Source: an uncultured Acidobacteriota bacterium
GTDB taxonomy: Bacteria > Acidobacteriota > Vicinamibacteria > Fen-336
Direction: 5' to 3'
Length of the DNA: 64,000 nt
Assembly: GCA_963697835.1 (NCBI GenBank)
Contig: CAVOPG010000007.1
Coordinates: 418,672-482,671 of the forward strand
Each line of letters starts with the position of its first letter. Position 1 is the stretch's first letter. The position numbers and the translations under genes were made by a program. This document shows, piece by piece, positions 55,317 to 64,000 of the stretch. Under the pieces are notes generated by a model. The model was not told the origin of the DNA. It made no database searches and worked only from the letters and a program-made list of their open reading frames with translations.

Positions 55317-55876
55317 GTGAGGCTGCCTGCTCTTTCCCGGCCCAGCCCTGACGGGAGCGACGAGACACGGCACACGCCGCCCGACGGGGCTACACTTGCT
55401 CTCGTGACGGTCTTTCGCAACTTCGAAGCCGGACGTGACACCGTGCGCGAGTTCTATCGCCTGAACCACCTCCACCAGACGCTCGATTTCGCCCGCGCCA
55501 AGAAGCGTGAGTACCTGGGCCTTGATCGGAAGGTCATGACGATGTGGGACGCCCTCGAGCTCCTGGACACCCTGGTGGACGACAGCGACCCCGACATCGA
55601 CCTCGGGCAGATGGAGCATGCGCTGCAGACCGCGGAGGCCATGCGGGCCGACGGGCGCCCCCGCTGGTCCGTTACCACTCCTTCTACCCCGCCCACCACG
55701 AGGGCGAGTACGGCCACCTCATGAATGCCCGGGACCGGGAGCTCATGGACTGGGTGCGCGCCTTCAACCCCTACGACTTGTACTCCAAGAGCCCGGTTCA
55801 CCCGGACCGCGAAAAGGTCTTGCCCTTCTACCGTGAGCTGGTCGACGAGTTCTTCCCGCGTCCGCTACGCTTCTGA
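55317..55876 (+). pseudogene. Myo-inositol oxygenase (MIOX) remnant. The N-terminal roughly 115 aa and the C-terminal roughly 65 aa are present, but the central roughly 110 aa carrying the HD/di-iron ligands are deleted (junction about 55669-55673), and the two halves sit in different frames.
   Basis: The N-terminal part ...[85 protein letters not shown] aligns with human MIOX YKLMHTHQTVDFV...MTVMEAVDLLDGLVDESDPDVDF...FQTAEGIRKAHPDKDW. It is immediately followed by ...[68 protein letters not shown], which aligns with RFHSFYPWHTGRDYQQL...LPWVREFNKFDLYTKCPDLPD...YYQGLIDKYCPGILSW (ORF 55544-55876). The FHLVGLLHDLGK...YMI core is absent. Confidence 0.8.
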
Positions 55877-55897
55877 ACACTGGCCGCGCGGGGGACC

Positions 55898-57706
55898 ATG
55901 GACCACATCCGGAACTTCTGCATCATCGCCCACATCGACCACGGCAAGTCGACCCTTGCCGACCGCCTCATCCAGCGCTGCGGGGCGGTGGAGCCGAGGG
56001 AGTTCCGCGACCAGATCCTCGACTCCATGGACCTCGAGCGCGAGCGCGGGATCACCATCAAGGCCAACACCGTCACCCTGCCGTACGCCGCGCGGGACGG
56101 GCGAACGTACGAGCTCAACCTCATCGACACGCCCGGGCACGTCGACTTCTCCCACGAGGTCCGCCGCTCGCTGATGAGCTGCGAGGGCGCCCTCCTGGTC
56201 ATCGACGCCTCGCAGGGGGTCGAGGCGCAGACGGTCGCCAACCTGTACCTCGCGATGGAGCTCGGGCTCCAGGTGGTGCCGGTGATCAACAAGATCGACC
56301 TCCCGTCGGCCGACGTCGAGCGGGTGATGGAGGAGATCGATCGTGACCTCGGACTCGACCCCTTCGCCGGGGTCCAGGTCTCGGCCAAGCTGGGCACGGG
56401 CATCGACGAGCTGCTGGAGGCGATCGTCCAGCAGCTGCCCCCGCCCAAGGGCGACGCGCAGGCGCCTCTGCGGGCGCTGCTCTTCGACGCCCAGTACGAC
56501 GCCTACCGCGGCGCCGTCCTCCTGGTGCGCCTCTTCGACGGCACCCTGCGCGCCGGGACCCGCGTCCGCTTCATGCACTCGGGCGTCGAGCACAAAGTCG
56601 AGGAGGTCGGCTGCCAGCGCCTCAAGCGAGTCCCGGTCCCCGAGCTACAGGCGGGAGAGGTGGGGTACGTGCTCGCCGGCGTCAAGAGCCTCTCGGGCCT
56701 CGCCATCGGAGACACGCTCACCGGGGCGGACGCGCCCGCCCGCGAGCCGGTCCCGGGCTACCGCGAGGCGAAGCCGGTCGTCTTCTCGTCGATCTACCCG
56801 ATGTCCACCGACGACTATGAGGATCTGACGAAGGCCCTCGAGAAGCTGAAGCTCAACGACACCGCCCTCATCTACGAGAAAGACAGCTCGGCGGCGCTCG
56901 GCTTCGGCTTCCGCTGCGGCTTCCTGGGGCTCCTGCACCTCGACGTGGTCCAGGAGCGGCTCGAGCGCGAGTACGATCTCTCGCTGATCCTCTCCGCGCC
57001 GTCGGTCCGCTACCGGATCGTGCGGAACGACGATTCCGAGGTCTGGATCGACAACCCGACCTTCTATCCGGACCCGGCCTCGATCAAGGAGGCCTTCGAG
57101 CCCTACATCAAGGCGACGATCATGACCCCCGAGCGCTACCTCGGCACGGTGATGGAGCTGTGCCGCGAGCGGCGCGGCGTGGACACCACCTTCAACTACC
57201 TCGCCGCGGGCCGGATGGACGTCGTCAGCCAGATTCCCCTGGCCGAGGTCCTCTTCGATTTCTACGATCGCCTGAAGTCGATCACCCAGGGCTACGGCTC
57301 GTTCGACTACGAGCTCCTGGACTACCGGCTGGGCGACATGGTCAAGGTGGACATCCTGGTCAACGGGGAGAAGGTCGATGCCCTCTCGCAGCTCGTCCAC
57401 CGTGAGTTCGCGCGCCCGCGGGCTCTACGCTATTGCGAACGGCTGGCCAAGACGATCCCCCGCCAGCAGTTCAAGATCGCCATCCAGGGCGCGATCGGGG
57501 GCCAGATCATCGCCCGCACCACCATCAACCCCTTCCGGAAGGACGTGACGGCGAAGTGCTACGGGGGCGACATCTCGCGCAAGCGCAAGCTCCTCGAGAA
57601 GCAGAAGGAGGGCAAGAAGAAGATGAAGATGGTGGGGGCGGTGGAGATCCCGCAGGCGGCCTTCGTGTCGGTTCTCCGAACGGAGGACGACGAGGATGAA
57701 GGCTAG
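55898..57706 (+). CDS. lepA: Elongation factor 4 (translational GTPase LepA), 602 aa, intact.
   Basis: MDHIRNFCIIAHIDHGKSTLADRLIQ...DTPGHVDFSHEVRRSL...NKIDLPSAD...; the EF4-specific C-terminal domain ...KCYGGDISRKRKLLEKQKEGKKKMK is present. Confidence 0.95.
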   Translation: MDHIRNFCIIAHIDHGKSTLADRLIQRCGAVEPREFRDQILDSMDLERERGITIKANTVTLPYAARDGRTYELNLIDTPGHVDFSHEVRRSLMSCEGALLVIDASQGVEAQTVANLYLAMELGLQVVPVINKIDLPSADVERVMEEIDRDLGLDPFAGVQVSAKLGTGIDELLEAIVQQLPPPKGDAQAPLRALLFDAQYDAYRGAVLLVRLFDGTLRAGTRVRFMHSGVEHKVEEVGCQRLKRVPVPELQAGEVGYVLAGVKSLSGLAIGDTLTGADAPAREPVPGYREAKPVVFSSIYPMSTDDYEDLTKALEKLKLNDTALIYEKDSSAALGFGFRCGFLGLLHLDVVQERLEREYDLSLILSAPSVRYRIVRNDDSEVWIDNPTFYPDPASIKEAFEPYIKATIMTPERYLGTVMELCRERRGVDTTFNYLAAGRMDVVSQIPLAEVLFDFYDRLKSITQGYGSFDYELLDYRLGDMVKVDILVNGEKVDALSQLVHREFARPRALRYCERLAKTIPRQQFKIAIQGAIGGQIIARTTINPFRKDVTAKCYGGDISRKRKLLEKQKEGKKKMKMVGAVEIPQAAFVSVLRTEDDEDEG

Positions 57707-57718
57707 CGCCGTGGGGGC

Positions 57719-58931
57719 GTGATGGGTGACGGGTTGCGCGCGGCTCCCGGCCTGTACCTCCACGTCCCCTTCTGCTCGGCCGTCTGCCCGTACTGCGACT
57801 TCTGCGGTCCTGCGCGCGGGCGGGCCGGCACGGAAGCGCTTCGTCGAGCACCTGGTGGCCGAGGTGGCCCTCGCCGCACGGGAGTGGCCCGACCCCAGGC
57901 CGTTCGACACCGTGTACTTCGGCGGGGGAACGCCCTCGCTGCTGCCCGCCGAGGACCTGGCCCGCGTGCTCGGCGCGTGTCGCGAGCACCTGGCGCTCGC
58001 GGCGCTTCCCTGGGTCTTCCTGGAGGCCAACCCCGAGGACGTCACGCCGGACGCCTGCTCTGCCTGGCGTGGTCTCGGGGTGCGAACCCTATCCCTCGGG
58101 GTGCAGGCCTTCTCCGACGATGCCCTGCGCTTCCTCGGCCGCCGCCACGACGCGAAGCAGGCACGGGCTGCGGTCGAGACCGCGCAGGCCGCGGGCTTCG
58201 ACACCGTCTCGGTCGACCTCATTTTCGGCCTGCCCGGCCAGACCGTGGAGGCCTGGCGGCACGAGCTGGCGACGGCCGTGGCCCTGTCGCCGGGGCACCT
58301 GTCGTGCTATCAGCTCACGATCCACCCGCGCACGAGGTTCGGGGTGAGCGCCGCCCGGGGCCAGCTCTCCGAGCTCCCCGAGGACGAGCAGGCCACCCTC
58401 TTCGACCTCACCCACCGCTTCCTCTCCGACGCGGGCTACCGCGCGTACGAGGTCTCCAATTTCGCGCGCAGCCGCCACCACGAGTCGCGCCACAACCGCA
58501 AGTACTGGGACCACACGCCCTACCTTGGGCTCGGTCCCTCGGCGCACTCGCTCGCCACCGGGGATGTGAGCGCAGCGCCTGCTGCCCGCCGCTGGTGGAA
58601 CGACCCGCGCACGCCACGGTGGGAGGGTCGCGTGGCGGCGGGCGAGCGACCCATCGAGGGCGAGGAGTGCCTCGGCCCGCTGGCATTCGCCACCGAGGCG
58701 CTGATGCTGGGCCTGCGCACGACGGCCGGGATCGACCTCGACGACTTCACGGCGCGCTACGGGCTCGACCTGCTGGCCGCGAACGACACCCTCGTGGCCC
58801 GCCTCGCGGCCGAGGGCCACCTCGTCGTGCGCGGCGGAGCGGACGCTGGCCGGTGGCTGGTGCCGACGCTGTCGGGACTGGCCGTTGCCGACGGCATGGC
58901 CGCCGCGTTTGACATCCCGCTCCCGAGCTGA
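57719..58931 (+). CDS. hemW: Radical SAM family heme chaperone HemW (HemN-like, coproporphyrinogen-III-oxidase-like), with one apparent frameshift near 57805-57830.
   Basis: The radical SAM cluster motif LYLHVPFCSAVCPYCDF is in ORF 57719-58912. It continues in ORF 57726-58931: ...FVEHLVAEVALAAREWPDPRPFDTVYFGGGTPSLLPAEDLARVL...LSLGVQAFSDDALRFLGRRHDAKQA...VSVDLIFGLPGQT...LSCYQLTIHPRTRFG..., then the HemN C-terminal domain. Confidence 0.8.
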
Positions 58932-59083
58932 CTCGATCGGGAGACCAGTTGCCGGGTGTACCGGCCCCGGAGGCCTCGCGAGTCGCGATCTCAAACGTCG
59001 CCGTTGCTTCTCGGACGCGTTCTCCAATACGATACCCCTCACTCGAAACCCTGCACATACCTTCGAAGTAATGGGAGGTCCTG

Positions 59084-60171
59084 ATGTTCACGAATCGACG
59101 CTGGAGACGGGTATCGTTCGTGTCTGTCTTGACAGCGGTGTCGGCCATCGCTCCCCTGGCGGCCCAGGACTTCAAGATGTCCGACTACACGTTTGCCACG
59201 CCGGTGTTCGGCATCGCAACGGGACTTCGCGGCCGCCTCTTTGTCGCCGACGCGGGAGCCGGCATCGTGAAGCTGGAGCGAGGAGACGGCGAGCTCTTCG
59301 CCCCGCTTCCTGGAGTCACCGACGTCGCCCCGACACTGTTCGGGATGTTCGCGATCACTGGGGGCACCGGTCCAGGTCAGCCCCAGACTGCGACCTCCTC
59401 GAGGCTGTTCTGGGTTTCGCACAGGGGTGCCGTCAGGGAGATTGCCAACCTGGCGGAGTTTGAAGCAACGGTCAACCCCGACGCTCCCGAGATCAATCCG
59501 AACCCGTTCGATGTCGCGGCGCTTCCCTGGCCGTTGGGCTCCGTACTGGTCGCCGATGCAGGCGGAAACGACCTGTTGATCGTGGACAGAGAAGGGCAAG
59601 ATCGATTGGATCGCGACGCTTCCAAGCGAGCTCGTGCCCACAGCCAACGTCAAGAAGCTCCTGAATTGTGCCCCCGGCCAGACGATCCCGGAGCCGTGCG
59701 CTCTGCCCGACATGATTCCGGCGCAGCCGGTGGCCACGAGCATCGCCATCGGCCCCGACGGCGCGTACTACATGGGAGAGCTGAAGGGCTTCCCCGCCCC
59801 CGTGGGCAAGTCGCGCATCTGGCGAATCAAGCCGACCGCTCGTCATGCCAGGTGCGGCACGAGCCCGGACTGCACCGTAGTGGCCGACGGATTCACGTCA
59901 ATCGTCGATCTGACCTTCGGGTGGGACGGCACGCTACACGTGGTGGAGCTCGACGAAGCGAGCTGGTTCGCGGTGGAAGTCACCCACACGCCGACCACGG
60001 GCACGGTGAATGCCTGCAGGTGGCGCTTCTCGACGCGCTCGTTCAAGTGCGAACCCGAAGCTGAAGGGCTCCTGATGCCGATCGCGGCCACGGTGGATTT
60101 CCACGGCAAAGTCAACGTCGTGACCAAGGCTCTCGTACCTGGGGAGGCCGAAGTCATCACGCTGAACTGAT
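59084..60171 (+). CDS. Secreted beta-propeller-like protein (ScyD/ScyE-family-like) with one apparent frameshift near 59600-59615.
   Basis: Signal peptide MFTNRRWRRVSFVSVLTAVSAIAPLAAQ, then ...GIATGLRGRLFVADAGAGIVKLE...LFWVSHRGAVREIANLAEFE...ALPWPLGSVLVADAGGNDLLIVDREG (ORF 59084-60064). The sequence continues ...PTANVKKLLNCAPGQTIPEPCALPDMIPAQPVATSIAIGPDGAYYMGELKGFPAPVGKSRIWRI...VDLTFGWDGTLHVVELDEAS... (ORF 59634-60170). The family assignment is tentative. Confidence 0.45.
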
Positions 60172-60288
60172 GAAGAAGTGCCCTTAGCCTCGTCAAGAGG
60201 TTAGTCCGCGCGTTTTCCGTGACGGTTCGGACGACGGTGTCCGACGCCCACGCGACCCGCGTCCGCGTGGTGCTAGGATGCGCCCCGG

Positions 60289-61572
60289 ATGGGTGAGGGA
60301 AGAGCGCCGCGGCGGCTCTTACGCGAGGCGCTCGCCTTCGGCCTAGCCTCCTTCTTCGCCTACGCTGCCCTCGCCACGCTGTTCTTCCATCGGGCGCCTC
60401 GCCTCTTCGAAGGGATCGACCAGGTCTTTGACGCAGACCTGGGGCTTCTGACCGTCGACCTCACCCGCCGTCAGGGTCCCCATGCGCGCACGCATGTCCA
60501 CCCGCTGCTGGTGTTGCTGTTCAACCCGCTGGGCTCGACCCTGCGGGAGCTCCTGAGCCGCTCGGGCGTCCAGCTCGCGGGGCGGCTCGCGGCCGCGCTC
60601 GTCTGCGCGGCGGCGGGAGGCGCGGCGGTGGGGGCCTTTCGCGTCCTGCTGCACCGGCTCGGCGTTCGCCCGAGCCTCGCCCGGGCTTGCACGCTGGTCT
60701 TCGGGCTGTCAGCCACGCAGATCGTCTTCTCGTCCCTGCCCGAGAGCTTTGCCTTGTCCGCCCTGAGCCTCATTCTCGTCTTCGTCGTCGCCGCCGGGCC
60801 GCGTCCGGCGGAGGCGAGCCGGACGGCGGCGGGCGTCGCTTGCTTCGGCATCACCGTCGTCAACCTCGCGGCGGTGACGCTCGCCCGGGCCGCCGGGTTC
60901 GACTGGCGCGGCAACCTGCGCCGCGCGCTTCTCGCGACCGCGCGCCACGTCGCGCTCGTTCTGCTCCTGGCCGGGCTCCTCGCCGTGGTCCAGCGAGCGC
61001 TCTACGCGACCGCCAGCCCGTTCTTCGTGCCCGAACGCCTCGCGCCTTCCTACGGGCTCGCGTTGATGGGTGCGCGCTCGGCTCCCGAGCTGGCTGTCCG
61101 GGCCGCAGACGTCGTCTCCCACCTCGGCTTCGTCTGCCTTGCCGCCCCGCGAGTGGTCGTGCAGAGGAACTGGCCCTATGTGGCGGTGGACTTCCCACCC
61201 GTGCCGCTGCGCGGCCCACGGCCCGCCGGCGCCGTCCACGTGGCGGTGTGGACGGCCCTGCTCCTCCTCGCGGCGCGAGGCCTCGTGCGCCGCCGGCCGG
61301 CGCGGCCCGCGATCGTGACGGCACTCCTGCTGTGGCTGGCCTTCGAGGTCGTGTTCCATTTCTTCTTCGGCACGTCTCTCTTCCTCTACTCCGGCGAGTG
61401 GACCTTCGCGATCGTGGCGGTGGCAGCGGCGGGCCTCGAAACCGAAGCGGCCGCCTCGTCCGGCCGGGCATGCGTTATCGGCGTGGCGCTGCTGCTGCTC
61501 GCTGCCCTGCAGGTGGCGACGAATGCCTCACTCGTTCTCGACGTTCTCCGGGTCTTTGGGACCGCCTCCTAG
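60289..61572 (+). CDS. Hypothetical polytopic inner-membrane protein (about 10 TM segments), 427 aa, intact.
   Basis: Clean ORF with hydrophobic segments alternating with short loops (..ALAFGLASFFAYAALATLFF.., ..LAGRLAAALVCAAAGGAAVGAFRVLL.., ..VALVLLLAGLLAVVQRAL.., ..AVHVAVWTALLLLAARGL.., ..TALLLWLAFEVVFHFFFGTSLFLYSGEWTFAIVAVAAAGL..). I recognise no specific family. Confidence 0.5.
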   Translation: MGEGRAPRRLLREALAFGLASFFAYAALATLFFHRAPRLFEGIDQVFDADLGLLTVDLTRRQGPHARTHVHPLLVLLFNPLGSTLRELLSRSGVQLAGRLAAALVCAAAGGAAVGAFRVLLHRLGVRPSLARACTLVFGLSATQIVFSSLPESFALSALSLILVFVVAAGPRPAEASRTAAGVACFGITVVNLAAVTLARAAGFDWRGNLRRALLATARHVALVLLLAGLLAVVQRALYATASPFFVPERLAPSYGLALMGARSAPELAVRAADVVSHLGFVCLAAPRVVVQRNWPYVAVDFPPVPLRGPRPAGAVHVAVWTALLLLAARGLVRRRPARPAIVTALLLWLAFEVVFHFFFGTSLFLYSGEWTFAIVAVAAAGLETEAAASSGRACVIGVALLLLAALQVATNASLVLDVLRVFGTAS

Positions 61573-64000
61573 GCGGATCCCCGAGTCACGCGCGGGAAGA
61601 AGCGGACCGGCGGAGGTCCGGGGCTCGAACGGGCGCCCGGGAGGGAGCGCCCCGAGGCGCGTGAACGCACGACCGAGCGGCGCCAGATCGGCGTGGGTGG
61701 AGAGAACCTCCCGGCCGTCCAGGTCCATGCGGACCGTTCCCTCGACCCGGTCGAGGAGGATGGAGAGCCCATGCGGCGCAGCGTTGGCTGACCGGGTGGC
61801 TTCCGGGTCCGTCGCCCCGAAGATCCAGGAGTCCCGGGCTTGGGCCAGGCCGAAAGCGACGCGCCCCCCGCCGAGATGGCGCACGAAGACCGCGTCGAAC
61901 ACCTTGCCGTCGCCCCAGCTCAGGACAGGCTCGACCGTCCCCGGTCTCAGGGCGCCGAGAACGATCGGACACCGCACGAGAAGCCGGTCCAGGAAGCAGC
62001 GCGGGAGCCAGCGCCAGCCTCCGCCGGTGGACACGAAGGCCCCGGGCTTCGCCGCAGGGACCCACAGCTGGCCGGGAGTCGCCGCGGGAGGGGGGTCCGT
62101 GCCGTCCGTGTACAGGGCGGGCAGCGGAGCGAGCGGCGGCAGCGACTCGAGCCCGGGTGGGCCGGCGAGCATCATCGCCTCCGGGACGACCGTGCCCGAG
62201 AAGCAGCCGAGGTTGGGGGCGTCGTGGCCCTTCGGTCCTCGAGACGGCCACAGCCGGTTCCGGTGCACGGGGACCAGCCGACCGGGCAGCTCGAACAAGG
62301 GCGCCCCCTCCCGCGTGGCCCGGACGCGGCGGCGCACGCGGTCGAGATCGAGCGCGAGGTCGTAGAACCGCCCGGCCTCGAAGCGCAGGCCGGGGGTGGA
62401 AGCCTCGCCGCCCGCGGACGTCTGCAAGGAGAAAGAGAACAGGCCAGGGCCGAGCTGCCTCACCCAGAGCGCGTCCCAGGCGTCGACCCGGCCCCAGCTC
62501 AGGAGTGGCTCCGCCGCAGCCGCGGCGCGCTCGGGGAACGCGATTCTCAGATGCACGGCCAGTCGCCCGTCGCGGTCGAGGAGTCGGCCGAGGGTCACGC
62601 GGAGGGGCTCCGCCTTTTCCTCGAGGGCCTGCCAAAGCTCGGGGTTCAGCCGTCGCAGCGCATCGTAGTTCCCGGAGAGGCTGAGCGTCACCGCCAGCAC
62701 CCAGGACCACCCGATCGCGGCCAGGCCGAGCGCGGCGAGCGCGGCGCGCCTTCGCCCCCCCGCCCGCTCCAGTGCGAGGAGCCAGAGCAGGAGGGCGGGC
62801 ACGAGCAGGAACGGGACGAAGTCCACCTGGTAGCGCATCGCCGCGGCCGAGAAGGCGAGAGCGGTGAGGAGTGGGCCGCCCAGGCCGGCCGCCGAGAGGA
62901 CGAGCGCGCGCCAGCGCAAGTCCTGGGAGGCGGGGGCGCCGGCGCCACGCAGGAGGGGAACCGCCGCGAGGAGGATGAGAAGGAACGGCGAGTGGGCCAG
63001 GGCGCCCGTGACGGAGGGCTCCTTGAAGAAGCCCTCCGGTGTCTCCCCCGGGTAGTCGGTCCGGGGCAGGAAGAAGGGGAAATCCAGGGTCGCCACGGGT
63101 GGAGCCAGGAACTGAAACCAGACGACGGCAGGGACCGCCCGCGGATCGAACCACGGCACGGGCCTCATTCCGCCGAGCTGGTAGCGGGTCCCGAAATCGA
63201 GCCAGGAGTCGAAGCGCGCCTTGTTGTACGCCCCTAGCAGGAGCAGGCAGGCGCCAAGCGGGAGAAGGACGGCCAGGGCCGCACGCGCCCGGGTGCCGGA
63301 GCGGCGGACCGCGGGCCACGCGAGGAGCGGGAGCACGGGGACAAGGGCGATTTGGTTCGGCCGGCAGCCCACCGCCAGACCGAGCAGCAGCCCGCCCAGG
63401 GTCAGCCGCGCTGTGGACATTCGCCCACCGTCGCCGGCGGTCATGAAGAACCAGGTCGCGCCCGCCAGGCAGGCGTACCCGGCGGTGATGGCGACCTCGT
63501 AGACCGAGGCGCCGCGCAGAGCGAAGGGCACGACGCTGGCCAGGCCGAGGGTGATGTAGCCGACGGTCCGCGCCCAGGCGGGTGTCCCGGGGAAGTGCGT
63601 GCGGATCAATCTCCGCAGCAGGAAGGCCCAGATGATGAGTCCGGCCGTGCCGCAGAGGACCGACGCGAGACTCTCGGGGAGGTCGCCGAGGCCGGCGAGG
63701 CGCCAGGGGACGAAGAGAAGCAGCGCCGGCACCACGCCGAAGTACAGGTAGTACCTTCCCTTGTAGAGCGAGGCGTCGTGCACGCGCACGTGGACGTTCC
63801 GGCTCGGCTCGTAGGGTTCGGCCATCTCGAAGAGCCCCGGATCCGGCTCTTCGCGAAGGTGGAGTTGGCCGTGGAGAAGAGCGTCCGCCATCAGGTTGTA
63901 GAAGGCGTCCTGCGGCTGGCCGAGCCCGAAAGCCCTCCCGTTGGAGGCGGTCCACGAGTAGAAGAGGGCCAGGACGAGGGTGACGACGGCCAGAGGCAGC
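61528..64000 (-). CDS. Large polytopic membrane protein with a C-terminal periplasmic domain (ArnT/PMT-like glycosyltransferase family 39/83-like?). Its N-terminus lies beyond the window end. It overlaps the convergent gene at 60289-61572 by about 45 nt.
   Basis: ORF 61528-63891 (787 aa, open to the window edge). It has many TM segments (..YYLYFGVVPALLLFVPWRLAGLG.., ..TVGYITLGLASVVPFALRGASVYEVAITAGYACLAGATWFFM.., ..LTLGGLLLGLAVGCRPNQIALVPVLPLLAW.. etc.), then a roughly 330-aa soluble C-terminal region. The family call is tentative. Confidence 0.5.
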   Translation of the reverse strand, partial: LPLAVVTLVLALFYSWTASNGRAFGLGQPQDAFYNLMADALLHGQLHLREEPDPGLFEMAEPYEPSRNVHVRVHDASLYKGRYYLYFGVVPALLLFVPWRLAGLGDLPESLASVLCGTAGLIIWAFLLRRLIRTHFPGTPAWARTVGYITLGLASVVPFALRGASVYEVAITAGYACLAGATWFFMTAGDGGRMSTARLTLGGLLLGLAVGCRPNQIALVPVLPLLAWPAVRRSGTRARAALAVLLPLGACLLLLGAYNKARFDSWLDFGTRYQLGGMRPVPWFDPRAVPAVVWFQFLAPPVATLDFPFFLPRTDYPGETPEGFFKEPSVTGALAHSPFLLILLAAVPLLRGAGAPASQDLRWRALVLSAAGLGGPLLTALAFSAAAMRYQVDFVPFLLVPALLLWLLALERAGGRRRAALAALGLAAIGWSWVLAVTLSLSGNYDALRRLNPELWQALEEKAEPLRVTLGRLLDRDGRLAVHLRIAFPERAAAAAEPLLSWGRVDAWDALWVRQLGPGLFSFSLQTSAGGEASTPGLRFEAGRFYDLALDLDRVRRRVRATREGAPLFELPGRLVPVHRNRLWPSRGPKGHDAPNLGCFSGTVVPEAMMLAGPPGLESLPPLAPLPALYTDGTDPPPAATPGQLWVPAAKPGAFVSTGGGWRWLPRCFLDRLLVRCPIVLGALRPGTVEPVLSWGDGKVFDAVFVRHLGGGRVAFGLAQARDSWIFGATDPEATRSANAAPHGLSILLDRVEGTVRMDLDGREVLSTHADLAPLGRAFTRLGALPPGRPFEPRTSAGPLLPARDSGIRLGGGPKDPENVENE

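Noticed and set aside
60246-60268. Inverted repeat CCACGCG-N9-CGCGTGG upstream of the 60289 membrane-protein gene
   Set aside because: It has a 7-bp stem with no flanking T-run and no second occurrence in the window. Chance palindromes of this size are frequent in CG-rich sequence, so it is noted only as a weak possible operator.

Overview
This 64 kb window is high-GC (about 70%) chromosomal DNA whose gene content points to Acidobacteriota. Supporting features include ADOP/MacB-like duplicated FtsX permeases, TonB-dependent receptors with a carboxypeptidase-regulatory-like N-terminus, a VWFA-related acidobacterial-domain protein and ASPIC/UnbV FG-GAP (CRTAC1-like) proteins. I see no rRNA, tRNA, CRISPR, IS elements or integrases. 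Because of the GC content, most long ORFs in the six-frame track are off-frame artefacts. I call about 38 real genes. (1) A four-gene minus-strand operon (14932 to 6101) encodes three ASPIC/FG-GAP paralogs plus a TPR protein; the last gene fuses FG-GAP/ASPIC to a Cys-less thioredoxin-like domain and TPR repeats. (2) Two paralogous TonB-dependent receptors (TBDRs; 1020-4479 and 15032-18664) each carry an identical TTGACA-N18-TATAAG promoter. The first faces an intact ROK regulator and the second a 20-aa remnant of a ROK gene. (3) A xylan-utilisation set contains a GPH transporter, GH52 beta-xylosidase and GH10 xylanase, with a beta-helix protein and a GH3 enzyme nearby. (4) Housekeeping genes present are clpB, sthA, rlmI, lepA and hemW. 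(5) A MacAB-like tripartite ABC efflux locus follows a lytic transglycosylase. (6) A myo-inositol oxygenase remnant with its catalytic core deleted is read through from the upstream permease. The dominant observation is a high and uneven density of frameshifts: roughly 45 or more, clustered in the TBDRs, the xylan genes, an antiporter and clpB, while about 20 kb of other genes are perfectly intact. Three of the four sites I resolved are single-base insertions in G/C homopolymers, which suggests sequencing error, but the clustering could also reflect real decay. I cannot decide between these without reads.
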